From an uncultured Acetatifactor sp. (lineage in GTDB: Bacteria; Bacillota; Clostridia; Lachnospirales; Lachnospiraceae), in the NCBI GenBank assembly GCA_910584865.1, contig CAJUCE010000026.1:3472-67471 (forward strand): a stretch of 64,000 nucleotides of DNA, read 5' to 3'. This document shows positions 31,091 through 40,168 of the stretch, one piece after another. The stretch's first letter is position 1, and each line of letters starts with the position of its first letter. The position numbers and the translations under genes were made by a program. The notes beneath the pieces are model-generated. The model saw nothing but the letters and a program-made list of their open reading frames with translations. It ran no database searches and was not told the origin of the DNA.

Positions 31091-31789
31091 ATGAATGCGA
31101 TGAAAAAGAGGGTTTTAATTACAGGGTTTGAGCCTTTCGGCGAGGATACAGTGAATGCCTCCTGGGAAGCGGTGAGCCGGCTGGAGGGGCGTGTGGGGGA
31201 CTGGGAGGTGGAAAAGCTCCTGGTGCCCACGGTATTTGGGGAGGCTGCAAAGAAGGTTCTGGAGGCGGCCCGGGAGCTGCAGCCGGATGTGATACTCTGC
31301 GTGGGGCAGGCAGGGGGCAGGGCCATGGTGACGCCGGAGATGGTGGCCATCAACCTGCGTGACGCTTCCATAGAGGACAATGCGGGGAAGAAGCCCCGGG
31401 ACGAGCCGGTGGCGCCGGGGGGACCCGTGGCGTATTTTGCGTCCGTTCCGGTGCGTAAGATCGTGGAGTCCGTGAAGGGCGGCGGTATCTCCTGCGGGAT
31501 TTCCTATTCCGCGGGGGCGTATGTGTGCAATGATTTGTTCTACAGTCTGCGGCATCATTTTGAGGGAAGCGGGTTGAGAGTGGGATTTATCCATGTGCCC
31601 TGCCTGCCGGAGCAGGGAGGCAGCAAGGTTCCTGTGCCGCTGGAGCAGGGTGCCAGTAAGGTTCCCGTGCTACCGGAACAGGGTGGTGACAAGCGTTCCG
31701 TGCCGCCGGAGCAGGGAGGTGGCAAACGTCCCGGCATGCCGTTGGAGGATATTGTGCAGGCACTCCGTCTTGCAGTCCGGGCACTGTGA
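31091..31789 (+). CDS. pcp: Pyroglutamyl-peptidase I
   Basis: LITGFEPF, GQAGGR..TPE, SAGAYVCN, GFIHVP (Glu-Cys-His triad). Confidence 0.95.
   Translation: MNAMKKRVLITGFEPFGEDTVNASWEAVSRLEGRVGDWEVEKLLVPTVFGEAAKKVLEAARELQPDVILCVGQAGGRAMVTPEMVAINLRDASIEDNAGKKPRDEPVAPGGPVAYFASVPVRKIVESVKGGGISCGISYSAGAYVCNDLFYSLRHHFEGSGLRVGFIHVPCLPEQGGSKVPVPLEQGASKVPVLPEQGGDKRSVPPEQGGGKRPGMPLEDIVQALRLAVRAL
31604..31735 (+). repeat. Four degenerate 33-bp coding repeats within pcp
   Basis: LPEQGGSKVPV / PLEQGASKVPV / LPEQGGDKRSV / PPEQGGGKRPG. Confidence 0.9.
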
Positions 31790-31992
31790 AGATAGCGTTA
31801 TCTGCAGCACCGCAGATATTTACCGGTCTTTCCTCCAGTAGGAATGCAGGCCATAGTTAAAGAACTTCGCATCCCGCGGTACCTGGGTAAGAGCATGGAA
31901 AATATTGGCGAAATCACCTGCGGACATAAAAGTCATTATCTAGGTTAAAGGAACTGAGGATGCTGAAGAGCCGGCTAACTGCCCCTGGGATG

Positions 31993-32057
31993 AAAACTCC
32001 CGCAGGAATCAAAGGCTTCCCGTTTTTATCGGGATCCCGTTTTCCTGCGGGAGTTTT
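31993..32057. terminator. Bidirectional terminator between pcp and pmbA
   Basis: AAAACTCCCGCAGGAA / TTCCTGCGGGAGTTTT 16-bp stem with a large loop. Confidence 0.65.
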
Positions 32058-32104
32058 TCTCTTTGCACAGTCCTGTAAGGGAGCCGTGTAAAACCTTTTT
32101 AAGT

Positions 32105-33403
32105 TTATTTCCCGGAAATCACAACCTTATCAAAGGCCATGTAGGGCAGCACGGTATTGCCGTCCGCAACGGTTTCTTTGGAGATCGCCACCAGATTATT
32201 CAGCAGATCTGCCAGATTGCCGTTGATCATGGTCTCACTGACAGCACCCTTGATCCGGCCGTCTTCTACCAGGAAGCTGTTTTTGGCTACGCCGGAGAAA
32301 TCACCGTTAGTGCCGGGCTGGCCGCCGGAGAATCTGCCGATGATGAGACCTTTCTTAATATTTTTGATCATATCCTCATAGGGAGTGTCCCCGCCTTCTA
32401 TCACAACGGAGAATGAGGAATTCTTTGCCGGGGCGAAACCGGATTTGTTGGCCACATACAGGGATAGAAGGAAGGACTTCAGTACGCCGTCTTTGATCAG
32501 ATCGTAGTCCTCGGAACGGAAGCCGTCATGGGTATACCTTTCTCCGCATACGATACGGGAATCCTGGGGACATATAGAGATGGTGAGGCGGCTGTCCGCT
32601 ACCTGCGTGTCCAGTTTGTCCAGCCAGATACTGGTTTTCTCCAGGATGACCCCGTCGGAGGCAAAATTGGAGATAGCGCTGCTTAGGAATTCTCCCAGGC
32701 TGCCGGGAGTGAGCACAATGACTCCCTCAAATTTCCCTTCTACCGGGATGGTGGTCAGCTGGGATTCGGTATCGCTTAAATCCTTTTCCAGGGAACCCAG
32801 TTCTATAAAAGGACGGTCCAGCGCAGCCGTGGATACGCCGCTGCCGAAGAAGGAGGTAGTCGTCTCCCCTTCATGAGCAGAGAACATCAAAGAGACGGAA
32901 TAAGCTCCCTCGTAGGTCTCAAATTCTGTACCATTGGTGTTCCGGTAAACGGTATGAACTTTGTCATGGCGTACAATCATCTGTTCCATGAGAATTTTGG
33001 GATGTCTGTTCCGGATGTCCTCCATCAGTTCTCTGGTACGGCCGAAAAGGAGCTCAATATCCGGTTCATAAGCGCCCTGCCGAAAGATTTCGCTTTCCTG
33101 CACGGGGGCGATGTCAAAGGCTTCATCGGCGACGCCCGATTCCGCGGATTTGATACAATCCCGGACAGCGTTTTCCACCGCTGCGTCATCGAACTGATTG
33201 GTAAATGAAGAGCCTTTTTTCTGGTCTTTATAGGCAGTAATGGAAAGGCTGCGGTCAAACAGGGTGCGGAACAGAGAGAACTCTCCTCCATCTACATTAA
33301 ACTCATGTGTCTCCTTCTCCGTCACGGTGTACTGGGCTTTCTGTGCACCGGCATTTATCAGCAATGCTTTTGTCTTTTCGGCGATATTATTCATGTCTGT
33401 CAT
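32105..33403 (-). CDS. pmbA: TldE/PmbA-family protein (non-catalytic partner)
   Basis: LIKDGVL, NGDFSG, ETMINGN; no HExxH; directly downstream of tldD. Confidence 0.8.
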   Translation of the reverse strand: MTDMNNIAEKTKALLINAGAQKAQYTVTEKETHEFNVDGGEFSLFRTLFDRSLSITAYKDQKKGSSFTNQFDDAAVENAVRDCIKSAESGVADEAFDIAPVQESEIFRQGAYEPDIELLFGRTRELMEDIRNRHPKILMEQMIVRHDKVHTVYRNTNGTEFETYEGAYSVSLMFSAHEGETTTSFFGSGVSTAALDRPFIELGSLEKDLSDTESQLTTIPVEGKFEGVIVLTPGSLGEFLSSAISNFASDGVILEKTSIWLDKLDTQVADSRLTISICPQDSRIVCGERYTHDGFRSEDYDLIKDGVLKSFLLSLYVANKSGFAPAKNSSFSVVIEGGDTPYEDMIKNIKKGLIIGRFSGGQPGTNGDFSGVAKNSFLVEDGRIKGAVSETMINGNLADLLNNLVAISKETVADGNTVLPYMAFDKVVISGK

Positions 33404-33404
33404 G

Positions 33405-34790
33405 TTAACGACCTCCTATCATAACCTTGCAGCGAAGGGCAGGACCGCCCATTCCCACCGGCATAGGCTGCTTTTTGCCGCAATACCCGGCACTGGTCCA
33501 TTCCACGGTATCCGATACCATATCCACGGTTTTCAGCATATTGAAGGCCACGCCGGAGATGGTAGTGTCTAAAAGCGCCCGGCCAAGTTTCCCGTTTTTG
33601 ATCTCGTAGCCCATATTGACGCCGAACATAAATTCACCGGTAGTATCAGCCTGGCCGTTGGTACTGGTGATCAGATAGTAGCCGTCGTCCACGGAAGCAA
33701 TGATGTCTTCCAGTTTATCTCTGCCCGGAAGAACGGCGGTATTTCTCATGCGGATCAGGGGTTCGTCGGAGAAGCTCCAGGCACGGGCGTTGCCCTGAGG
33801 CTTTGCGCCGAAATGCTGGGCGCTTTCCCGGTTGTGCATATAGCCTGTCAATATCCCATCTTTGATGAGGACGGCATCTTGAGCAGGCGTACCCTCGTCG
33901 TCCAGATAGACAGGAAGGGGCGTGGGTTTGTCAAAGGCAGTATGGGCAAAATCCACCAGGTTCACCAGTTCGGAGGCAACACATTTGTTCAATGCCGGGC
34001 CTGCAACGGAGCCTCCCAGAACGAGATCGGCCTCCACGGTATGGCCGACTGCTTCATGGGCCAGCATGCCGGACATGAAACCGCTCAAGACCACAGTCTT
34101 GTAGCCGGCCTCGGGATAGACGCCTTCGCGCTTGTGCATGATTCGTTCGTACAGGGCATCTACTTCAGGATAGAGCAGGGTCGGATCGGTAAAATTTTTG
34201 GTGAAAATACCGGAACCGCCGATGGCTTTGAAGAGCTCAATGGGGGTACCGGACGCGGTCTCTGTGTTCAGAAACACATAGATATAGCTTCTGGGTGCAC
34301 AGATATGCCCGTCATAGCCATCTGAGGTACAGATGATTTTTTCCATGGAATCTTCCATGACAATCACGGAACGACTGGAAAGTTTCGGATATTTTTCGGT
34401 AATATATCCGTCCAGTGCTTTGGCAAATTCCACATAGCGTTTCTGGTCTGTGTCCTGAATGTCCTTGCAAAAGGGTATGCCTCCGCAGGGGATAACGGGC
34501 AGAGGGCCTTTTCCCCTGTCTACATGGCGATCCATGAACAGAGCGTTTTCCGATGCAGCCTTCAGAACGGTTCCGGCGGCATCATCGGAGCATTCCGCTA
34601 TGGAAGAGAAACCATAGACTCCGTTTTGGTAGACTCTGGCACTGGTACCGGAGCTTTCCATTCTGGCATTGCCGGTGAGATTGCCCTGAATCATTGAAAT
34701 CTGCCTGCTGCGGCTCTTCTGCTGTCTCAGTTCGGTGTGTACACCGTCAGAAAAGAGGGACTTTTTGCTTGAGATATGATCTTCTAACAT
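33405..34790 (-). CDS. tldD: TldD-family metalloprotease
   Basis: LAHEAVGH, DDEGTP, RMRNT, CGKKQPMPVGMGGP; AGGAGG RBS before ATG 34790. Confidence 0.92.
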   Translation of the reverse strand: MLEDHISSKKSLFSDGVHTELRQQKSRSRQISMIQGNLTGNARMESSGTSARVYQNGVYGFSSIAECSDDAAGTVLKAASENALFMDRHVDRGKGPLPVIPCGGIPFCKDIQDTDQKRYVEFAKALDGYITEKYPKLSSRSVIVMEDSMEKIICTSDGYDGHICAPRSYIYVFLNTETASGTPIELFKAIGGSGIFTKNFTDPTLLYPEVDALYERIMHKREGVYPEAGYKTVVLSGFMSGMLAHEAVGHTVEADLVLGGSVAGPALNKCVASELVNLVDFAHTAFDKPTPLPVYLDDEGTPAQDAVLIKDGILTGYMHNRESAQHFGAKPQGNARAWSFSDEPLIRMRNTAVLPGRDKLEDIIASVDDGYYLITSTNGQADTTGEFMFGVNMGYEIKNGKLGRALLDTTISGVAFNMLKTVDMVSDTVEWTSAGYCGKKQPMPVGMGGPALRCKVMIGGR

Positions 34791-35208
34791 TTGACTACCT
34801 CCTGTAAATAGTGACAAATAATCACCTATGCGCATATTATAACAGATATTTCTTTTTTGTACATCATTCCTGAGAGAATATGGATAATTATTATACTGTG
34901 GCAGCAATGAAAACAGGAAACGAGAATGTCGCAGAGGGTCATACTCTGCGACATTTTCGTTTCCGAAGTATTTTCTGTAATCTATTATACTCAAAAAACT
35001 TAGTTTTGCAGCCCTGGTCCGGAGGAAATTTCTCCGTAGATATCTTGTTGTTATTGTTTACGGCTTTGTCGTTCACAGCAACGTGTTGCACACACTCCGC
35101 TGAGACGGGGGCGCAGGGCTGTCTTTGTGTGGGTTTCATTATAAAAGCTTTTCGCATTGGGCATTTCCCGGTAAACTGTATGTGATTACAAAGGGGAGGG
35201 CATAAGGG

Positions 35209-35739
35209 ATGAAAAAGAGAAATTCAGCGGCGCTGCTGTGCGCCGGGGCCCTGCTTCTGGGAAACGGCCTGGAAAGCAATTTTAAGACCTCGGATATCAA
35301 CGATGCCATCTATAACCTGCAGCCCGGGGACAGCATTGCCATTACGGTGGCCCTGGAGAACGGGGGAGACAAATCCACGGACTGGTGGATGACTAACAGG
35401 GTGCTGCGGTCCCTGGAGGATATCCAGGAGGCAGCGTCCGGCGGCGGTGGATATGAGATGACATGCGACGGACAGCACATAGTCATCATGGGGCTGACGA
35501 CGGAGAATTCGGTCCGTTTCCTGAACAGCGCTGTGACACTGGGGGAGGACAGCAAATATTATGTGAAGGGCGTCCGCATGGGCGGCCGTGATAACAGTAC
35601 CGTGGACCTGGCGTATTTCCGGGTGGAACGGGACGAGGACTACGTAGTGGCATACGGAATCCGGGGAAACCTGGTACAGTATACCGTGGGACAGAAAACC
35701 GGGAGGCGGGACAGTGCAGGCACAAATGCACGGGCCTAA
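35209..35739 (+). pseudogene. Probable chimeric remnant of cell-surface protein gene(s)
   Basis: Abbreviated signal peptide joined to LQPGD and YYVKG..GRDN segments; no anchor motif. Confidence 0.35.
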
Positions 35740-35924
35740 AATAACAGCAACTGCGCGAGCAATATGAATTGGAACTTGTAATGGATGGAAAATGTGGTAA
35801 AATATTGTCTCAGAAAGGCGCCCGGTCAACTTCTGATTGCAATTGCGCATGATATTATGTTACGATAAAAAGAGTGACCAGCCGTTTCTGTGAGGGGTGG
35901 ATAAGATGGGATATATAATTCACA

Positions 35925-36809
35925 ATGGAAGGTGGGATGGCTATGTATCAGGCGGGCCTGATTTTGGAAGGCGGTGGGATGAAGGGTGTTTACACTGCCG
36001 GTGTGATTGATTTTTTCCTGGATAAGGGGATAGAATTTTCTAGTGTATACGGAGTGAGCGCGGGAGCCTGTAGTATGTGCAGCTATTTGTCTAAACAGAG
36101 GAGACGCGCGCTGGATGTGTGTATCGATTATCTGGGCACCAGAGAGTATTGCAGTCTGACGAGTCTGCTGACGACAGGAGATCTGTTTAACGTGGAGATG
36201 AATTATCATCTGGTTCCGGAGTATCTCAATCCCTTCGATCATGATACTTTTCAGCAATATAAGGGCAAGGCATACAGCGTTGCGACGGATATTGTCACCG
36301 GAAGACCGGTTTATTTCCGGATACGGGATTTGCATAAAGATATGGATAAGATCCGTGCGTCGGCTTCGCTGCCCCTGGTATCCAGGAATGTGGCGATTGG
36401 CAAAGGGCGTTATTTGGACGGCGGTTTGAGTGATTCGCTTCCGATACAGAAGTCCGTGATGGATGGAAATGAGATCAATGTGGTAGTCATGACAAAGGAG
36501 ACCGGTTATGTGAAAAGGCGTACGAAGCGTCTCATGCTCTGGCTGGCCAGTGTGCGTTACCGGCGATATCCCAAGGTCGTAGAATTGATGGCGCGGCGTT
36601 ACCGGCATTACAACGAACAAGCGGCATATATTGAGAGGCTGCGTAAAGGTGGGAAAGTTTTTGTAATCCGTCCGAAGAAGTCGTACGGAGTAGGGCGGGT
36701 AGAAAAGGATGTTAAGAAGCTGCGGGCATTGTATCGTCAGGGGTATCGCGATGCGGCGGATTCCTATCGGCAGCTGACGGCGTTTCTTGAGAAGGCGGAC
36801 ACTCTGTAG
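35925..36809 (+). CDS. Patatin-like phospholipase
   Basis: LEGGGMKG, GVSAG, ASASLP, LDGG. Confidence 0.93.
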   Translation: MEGGMAMYQAGLILEGGGMKGVYTAGVIDFFLDKGIEFSSVYGVSAGACSMCSYLSKQRRRALDVCIDYLGTREYCSLTSLLTTGDLFNVEMNYHLVPEYLNPFDHDTFQQYKGKAYSVATDIVTGRPVYFRIRDLHKDMDKIRASASLPLVSRNVAIGKGRYLDGGLSDSLPIQKSVMDGNEINVVVMTKETGYVKRRTKRLMLWLASVRYRRYPKVVELMARRYRHYNEQAAYIERLRKGGKVFVIRPKKSYGVGRVEKDVKKLRALYRQGYRDAADSYRQLTAFLEKADTL

Positions 36810-36988
36810 CAGACTGCGGGGCCATGGCGGAGGGCTGCGGGTTTTCGCAGGCGCTGTAAAGTGTCAGGACTCTTGAAAGCTGTCACGGATATAGCATATG
36901 GGTTCCGCGGCGGTTAGGGGAAGGGAATTCTTGTGCCTGATGAACGGGAAGGCTTCGGCAGCAGTTCACAGAGGGAGGATATAAATTT

Positions 36989-39016
36989 ATGAGATATCAG
37001 ATCAGACATGCGCTGGTGCAATACGGCGCGGATACCATATTGGAGGATGTCAATTTTGAGATCCGGGACAATGAGAAGATTGCTGTGATCGGGCGGAACG
37101 GCTGCGGCAAGACCACATTGCTGAAGCTGATTAACGGCGACATCCGGATGAATAATCTGGACAGCGACGAGACTTGCGGCATTACCATGGCCGGGAAGCA
37201 GCGCATTGGATTTCTGCATCAGATCAGCTTTCCCGAAGGCGGTATCTCTGTGGAGGAGGAGATTCGGAAGACCTTCGCGCCTATTTTTTCCTGTGAAGCC
37301 AGGATGAAGGAGATTGAGGAAGCATTGCAGTCAGGCCAGGACAAGACTTTGCTGTATGAATATGACAATCTTCAGAAACAGATGGAAGCACTTCGGGGCT
37401 ATACCTGGCGGCAGGATATGGAGATTATGTTTCAGCGCTTTGGATTTGCCCTGAAGGATCTGGAACGTCCTATCGGAAGCTTTTCCGGCGGGCAGCAGAC
37501 CAAGGTGGCATTTATCAAGCTCCTGCTGAGCAGACCGGATATCATGCTGTTGGACGAGCCGACCAACCATCTGGATCTCCCCACGATTGAGTGGTTGGAG
37601 GGATATCTGAAAAATTACGACAAATCCGTAGTTATCGTGTCTCACGATCGGATGTTTCTTGACCGGATTATCGATGTGACTTACGAGATCGAGTATCATC
37701 GGATTAAGCGTTATCCGGGCAATTATACGGCTTTCCTGGAACAGAAGGAAGCGGCGCTTGCCAAGCAGGAGAAAGATTACGAGGCTCAGCAAAAGGAGAT
37801 TCAGCGGCTCACGGAGTGGATTGAAAAGTGGAAGAATACGCCCAGCAAGGTGGCGGCAACCAGATCCAAGCGTATGGTGATCGAGCATATGGTGAAAATC
37901 GAGAAACCCAGGCGTTTTGACACAAGGGCGTTTCATGCGCTTTTTCAGCCCAGGATCGAGAGTTATACAGATGTACTGACGGCCAAAAAGCTAAGTATCG
38001 GCTATGACCGGGAACTTTCCAAAGTGTCCTTTACACTGCGCAGGGGAGAGCGGCTGGCGGTAATCGGGGAAAACGGCATTGGAAAATCTACATTGCTGAA
38101 GACCCTTACGGGGCTGACAGGGGCGCTGGGCGGAAGCTTTTCATTCGGACCGAATGTGGAATGGGGATATTTCGATCAGCAGGCCGCCCTGTCTGTGCAG
38201 TCAGATCCGGAGCAGACGGTTTTGGAGAATTTTTGGGAGGAGTATCCCCGCCTGGTCAGGGAAGAAGTCCGCAGTGCATTGGGAAGCTTTCTTTTCTCGC
38301 AGGAGGAGGTGGAGAAGAAGATGGGGCAGCTCTCCGGCGGCGAGCGGGTGCGCCTTGCCCTGTGCAAAATGTTTCAGACCAGACCGAATCTGCTGATCCT
38401 GGACGAGCCCACCAACCATATGGATATCGTAGGGAAGGAGACACTGGAGCAGATGCTGGCTGCGTTCTCCGGAACAGTGCTGTTCGTGTCTCATGACAGG
38501 TATTTTATTCGTCAGGTGGCCACGGGAATATTGGAGTTCGAAGGGCAGGAGGTAACGCAGTATCCGTATAACTATGAGGATTATCTGTATGAGAAGGAGA
38601 AGCGGATGATGTTTTCCTCCGGAAGCGGCGCTGCTGTAAAGGGAGCCGGAACTGCGGTCAGGAGCAGCGTGACATCCGGAGCGGCAGGAGAGCGCGGTGC
38701 TGCCGAGAATAAAGAAGGTATCAGTGACGGCAATGCGCCTACCTTAACGGATGTTTTTGACAGGAAATCCTATTATAGTCCCGGGAAAATAAAATCCCGT
38801 CTGACCAGACAGCTGGAGAAATACGAGCGGCTGCTTGCGGAGAGCGAGGCGCATACGGCGCAGCTGAAGCTGCAAATGATGGATCCGGCGCTGGCTTCGG
38901 ATTACGAGAAGCTGATGGAATTGCAGGAGCAGCTGGATGCGGAGGAGCATAATCAGGAGTCGCTGCTGGAGCGGATGGTAGAGACAGAGACCGATCTTCA
39001 GGGATTGGAGGGATAG
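36989..39016 (+). CDS. ABC-F family ATPase with C-terminal coiled coil
   Basis: Two NBDs (GRNGCGKT/FSGGQ/DEPTNHLD and GENGIGKS/LSGGE/DEPTNHMD); no TM segments. Confidence 0.93.
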   Translation: MRYQIRHALVQYGADTILEDVNFEIRDNEKIAVIGRNGCGKTTLLKLINGDIRMNNLDSDETCGITMAGKQRIGFLHQISFPEGGISVEEEIRKTFAPIFSCEARMKEIEEALQSGQDKTLLYEYDNLQKQMEALRGYTWRQDMEIMFQRFGFALKDLERPIGSFSGGQQTKVAFIKLLLSRPDIMLLDEPTNHLDLPTIEWLEGYLKNYDKSVVIVSHDRMFLDRIIDVTYEIEYHRIKRYPGNYTAFLEQKEAALAKQEKDYEAQQKEIQRLTEWIEKWKNTPSKVAATRSKRMVIEHMVKIEKPRRFDTRAFHALFQPRIESYTDVLTAKKLSIGYDRELSKVSFTLRRGERLAVIGENGIGKSTLLKTLTGLTGALGGSFSFGPNVEWGYFDQQAALSVQSDPEQTVLENFWEEYPRLVREEVRSALGSFLFSQEEVEKKMGQLSGGERVRLALCKMFQTRPNLLILDEPTNHMDIVGKETLEQMLAAFSGTVLFVSHDRYFIRQVATGILEFEGQEVTQYPYNYEDYLYEKEKRMMFSSGSGAAVKGAGTAVRSSVTSGAAGERGAAENKEGISDGNAPTLTDVFDRKSYYSPGKIKSRLTRQLEKYERLLAESEAHTAQLKLQMMDPALASDYEKLMELQEQLDAEEHNQESLLERMVETETDLQGLEG

Positions 39017-39804
39017 GCGCATTTATTTGTATCAAATCCGCGGCGGTACTGGGAGGGCGTCATTCCGCACCATTTCTTGAAAAAAGTCGTAAAGTGATGA
39101 TAGTCTGGAAAGTCTAGGTGGTTGGAGATTTCCTGGACGGTCATGGGGGACTGCCGCAGCAGGTCCATGGAAATCTCCAGGCGCAGGGACAGGTAATAAT
39201 GGTACGGGGTGGTCTGGTACGCCCTTTTGAACACATCATTGGCCCAGGAGCGGGAGAGATGGGCGTGGGCGGCGATCTCGTCTATGTGCAGGGAACGGTG
39301 AATATTCTGCTCGATGAAGCATTTCATGGCGAAGGCAGGAGAGGTCTTCTCCTGATGGCTGATCAGGGCCTCCGAAAATAACTGAATATAGCGATGAAGA
39401 AAGAGGGCCAGTTCGCTTCTACAGTGAACAGGGTCTTTTTTCATGATGGTGAAAGCTTCGGTCAGGTAATCTTTTTCCTTGAAATTTTCCACAAAACAAT
39501 TGGCGTCCAGATGATGGTCCGACAGCAGGTGCTGCACCAGTATGCCCCGGACATTGAGCCATACCTTGGTCCAGGGGTCATGGGGATCGGAATAGTAGTG
39601 GTGGTAGGTGCAGGGGTGAAGGATGTAGGCCGCCCCTGCGCCCAGAGCCGCTTTCCGGTCATTAAAATACACATAGCCCCGCCCGCTGATAATATATTCA
39701 AAGACATAGAGGTCTCCATTGGGGCGGAGGATATGGGAATTGGGGTCTGCAAAGGTGATGCCCGATGAAAGGGGCGAAAACTCCGCAGACTTAAAATGTG
39801 GCAT
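38998..39804 (-). CDS. AraC-family transcriptional regulator
   Basis: Cupin-like N-terminus; FKRAYQTTP and FKKWCGMTPSQYR HTH motifs; start uncertain. Confidence 0.85.
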   Translation of the reverse strand: MPHFKSAEFSPLSSGITFADPNSHILRPNGDLYVFEYIISGRGYVYFNDRKAALGAGAAYILHPCTYHHYYSDPHDPWTKVWLNVRGILVQHLLSDHHLDANCFVENFKEKDYLTEAFTIMKKDPVHCRSELALFLHRYIQLFSEALISHQEKTSPAFAMKCFIEQNIHRSLHIDEIAAHAHLSRSWANDVFKRAYQTTPYHYYLSLRLEISMDLLRQSPMTVQEISNHLDFPDYHHFTTFFKKWCGMTPSQYRRGFDTNKCAYPSNP

Positions 39805-40168
39805 CTGGCGGGGCTGTAGTATTGAGGATTTCGGAGACAGGATATGGCATTTCCATGGAATTATTTTTCGATATCCAGTGCTCAGGTTTCTTGATACTGC
39901 AGCTTATTTATTGTATACTGGACAGAACGGCGGACTTCGGGAGATTGCCACTGACTGGATACGAGTGATGGAGTCTGCCAGCATTAGGGACGGACGGATG
40001 GATGAGGGATGGCTTTAGGTTTTGCAATCGGGATTTATACCGGAAGAAACCTGAAATTGTGGTTGAGTTACGTAGGTTTTCCGGCTATAATAGGTAGAAA
40101 AAGAGAAATACAGATACAACTGTCAACGATAAGAGTACATCCGTTTTGAAAGGGAAAGGGTAGCAGAG

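Noticed and set aside
31895..31990. Possible riboswitch downstream of pcp
   Set aside because: Lies between convergent genes, motifs are incomplete, and the minus strand reads as a short gene remnant.
32105..34790. RiPP biosynthetic cluster around tldD-pmbA
   Set aside because: No YcaO or other modifying enzyme and no precursor peptide is visible nearby.
35085..35135. Possible c-di-GMP-I riboswitch (GCACAC...GGCGCAGGGC)
   Set aside because: Lacks the GAAA tetraloop, GCAAA and the second-hairpin motifs; the resemblance is superficial.
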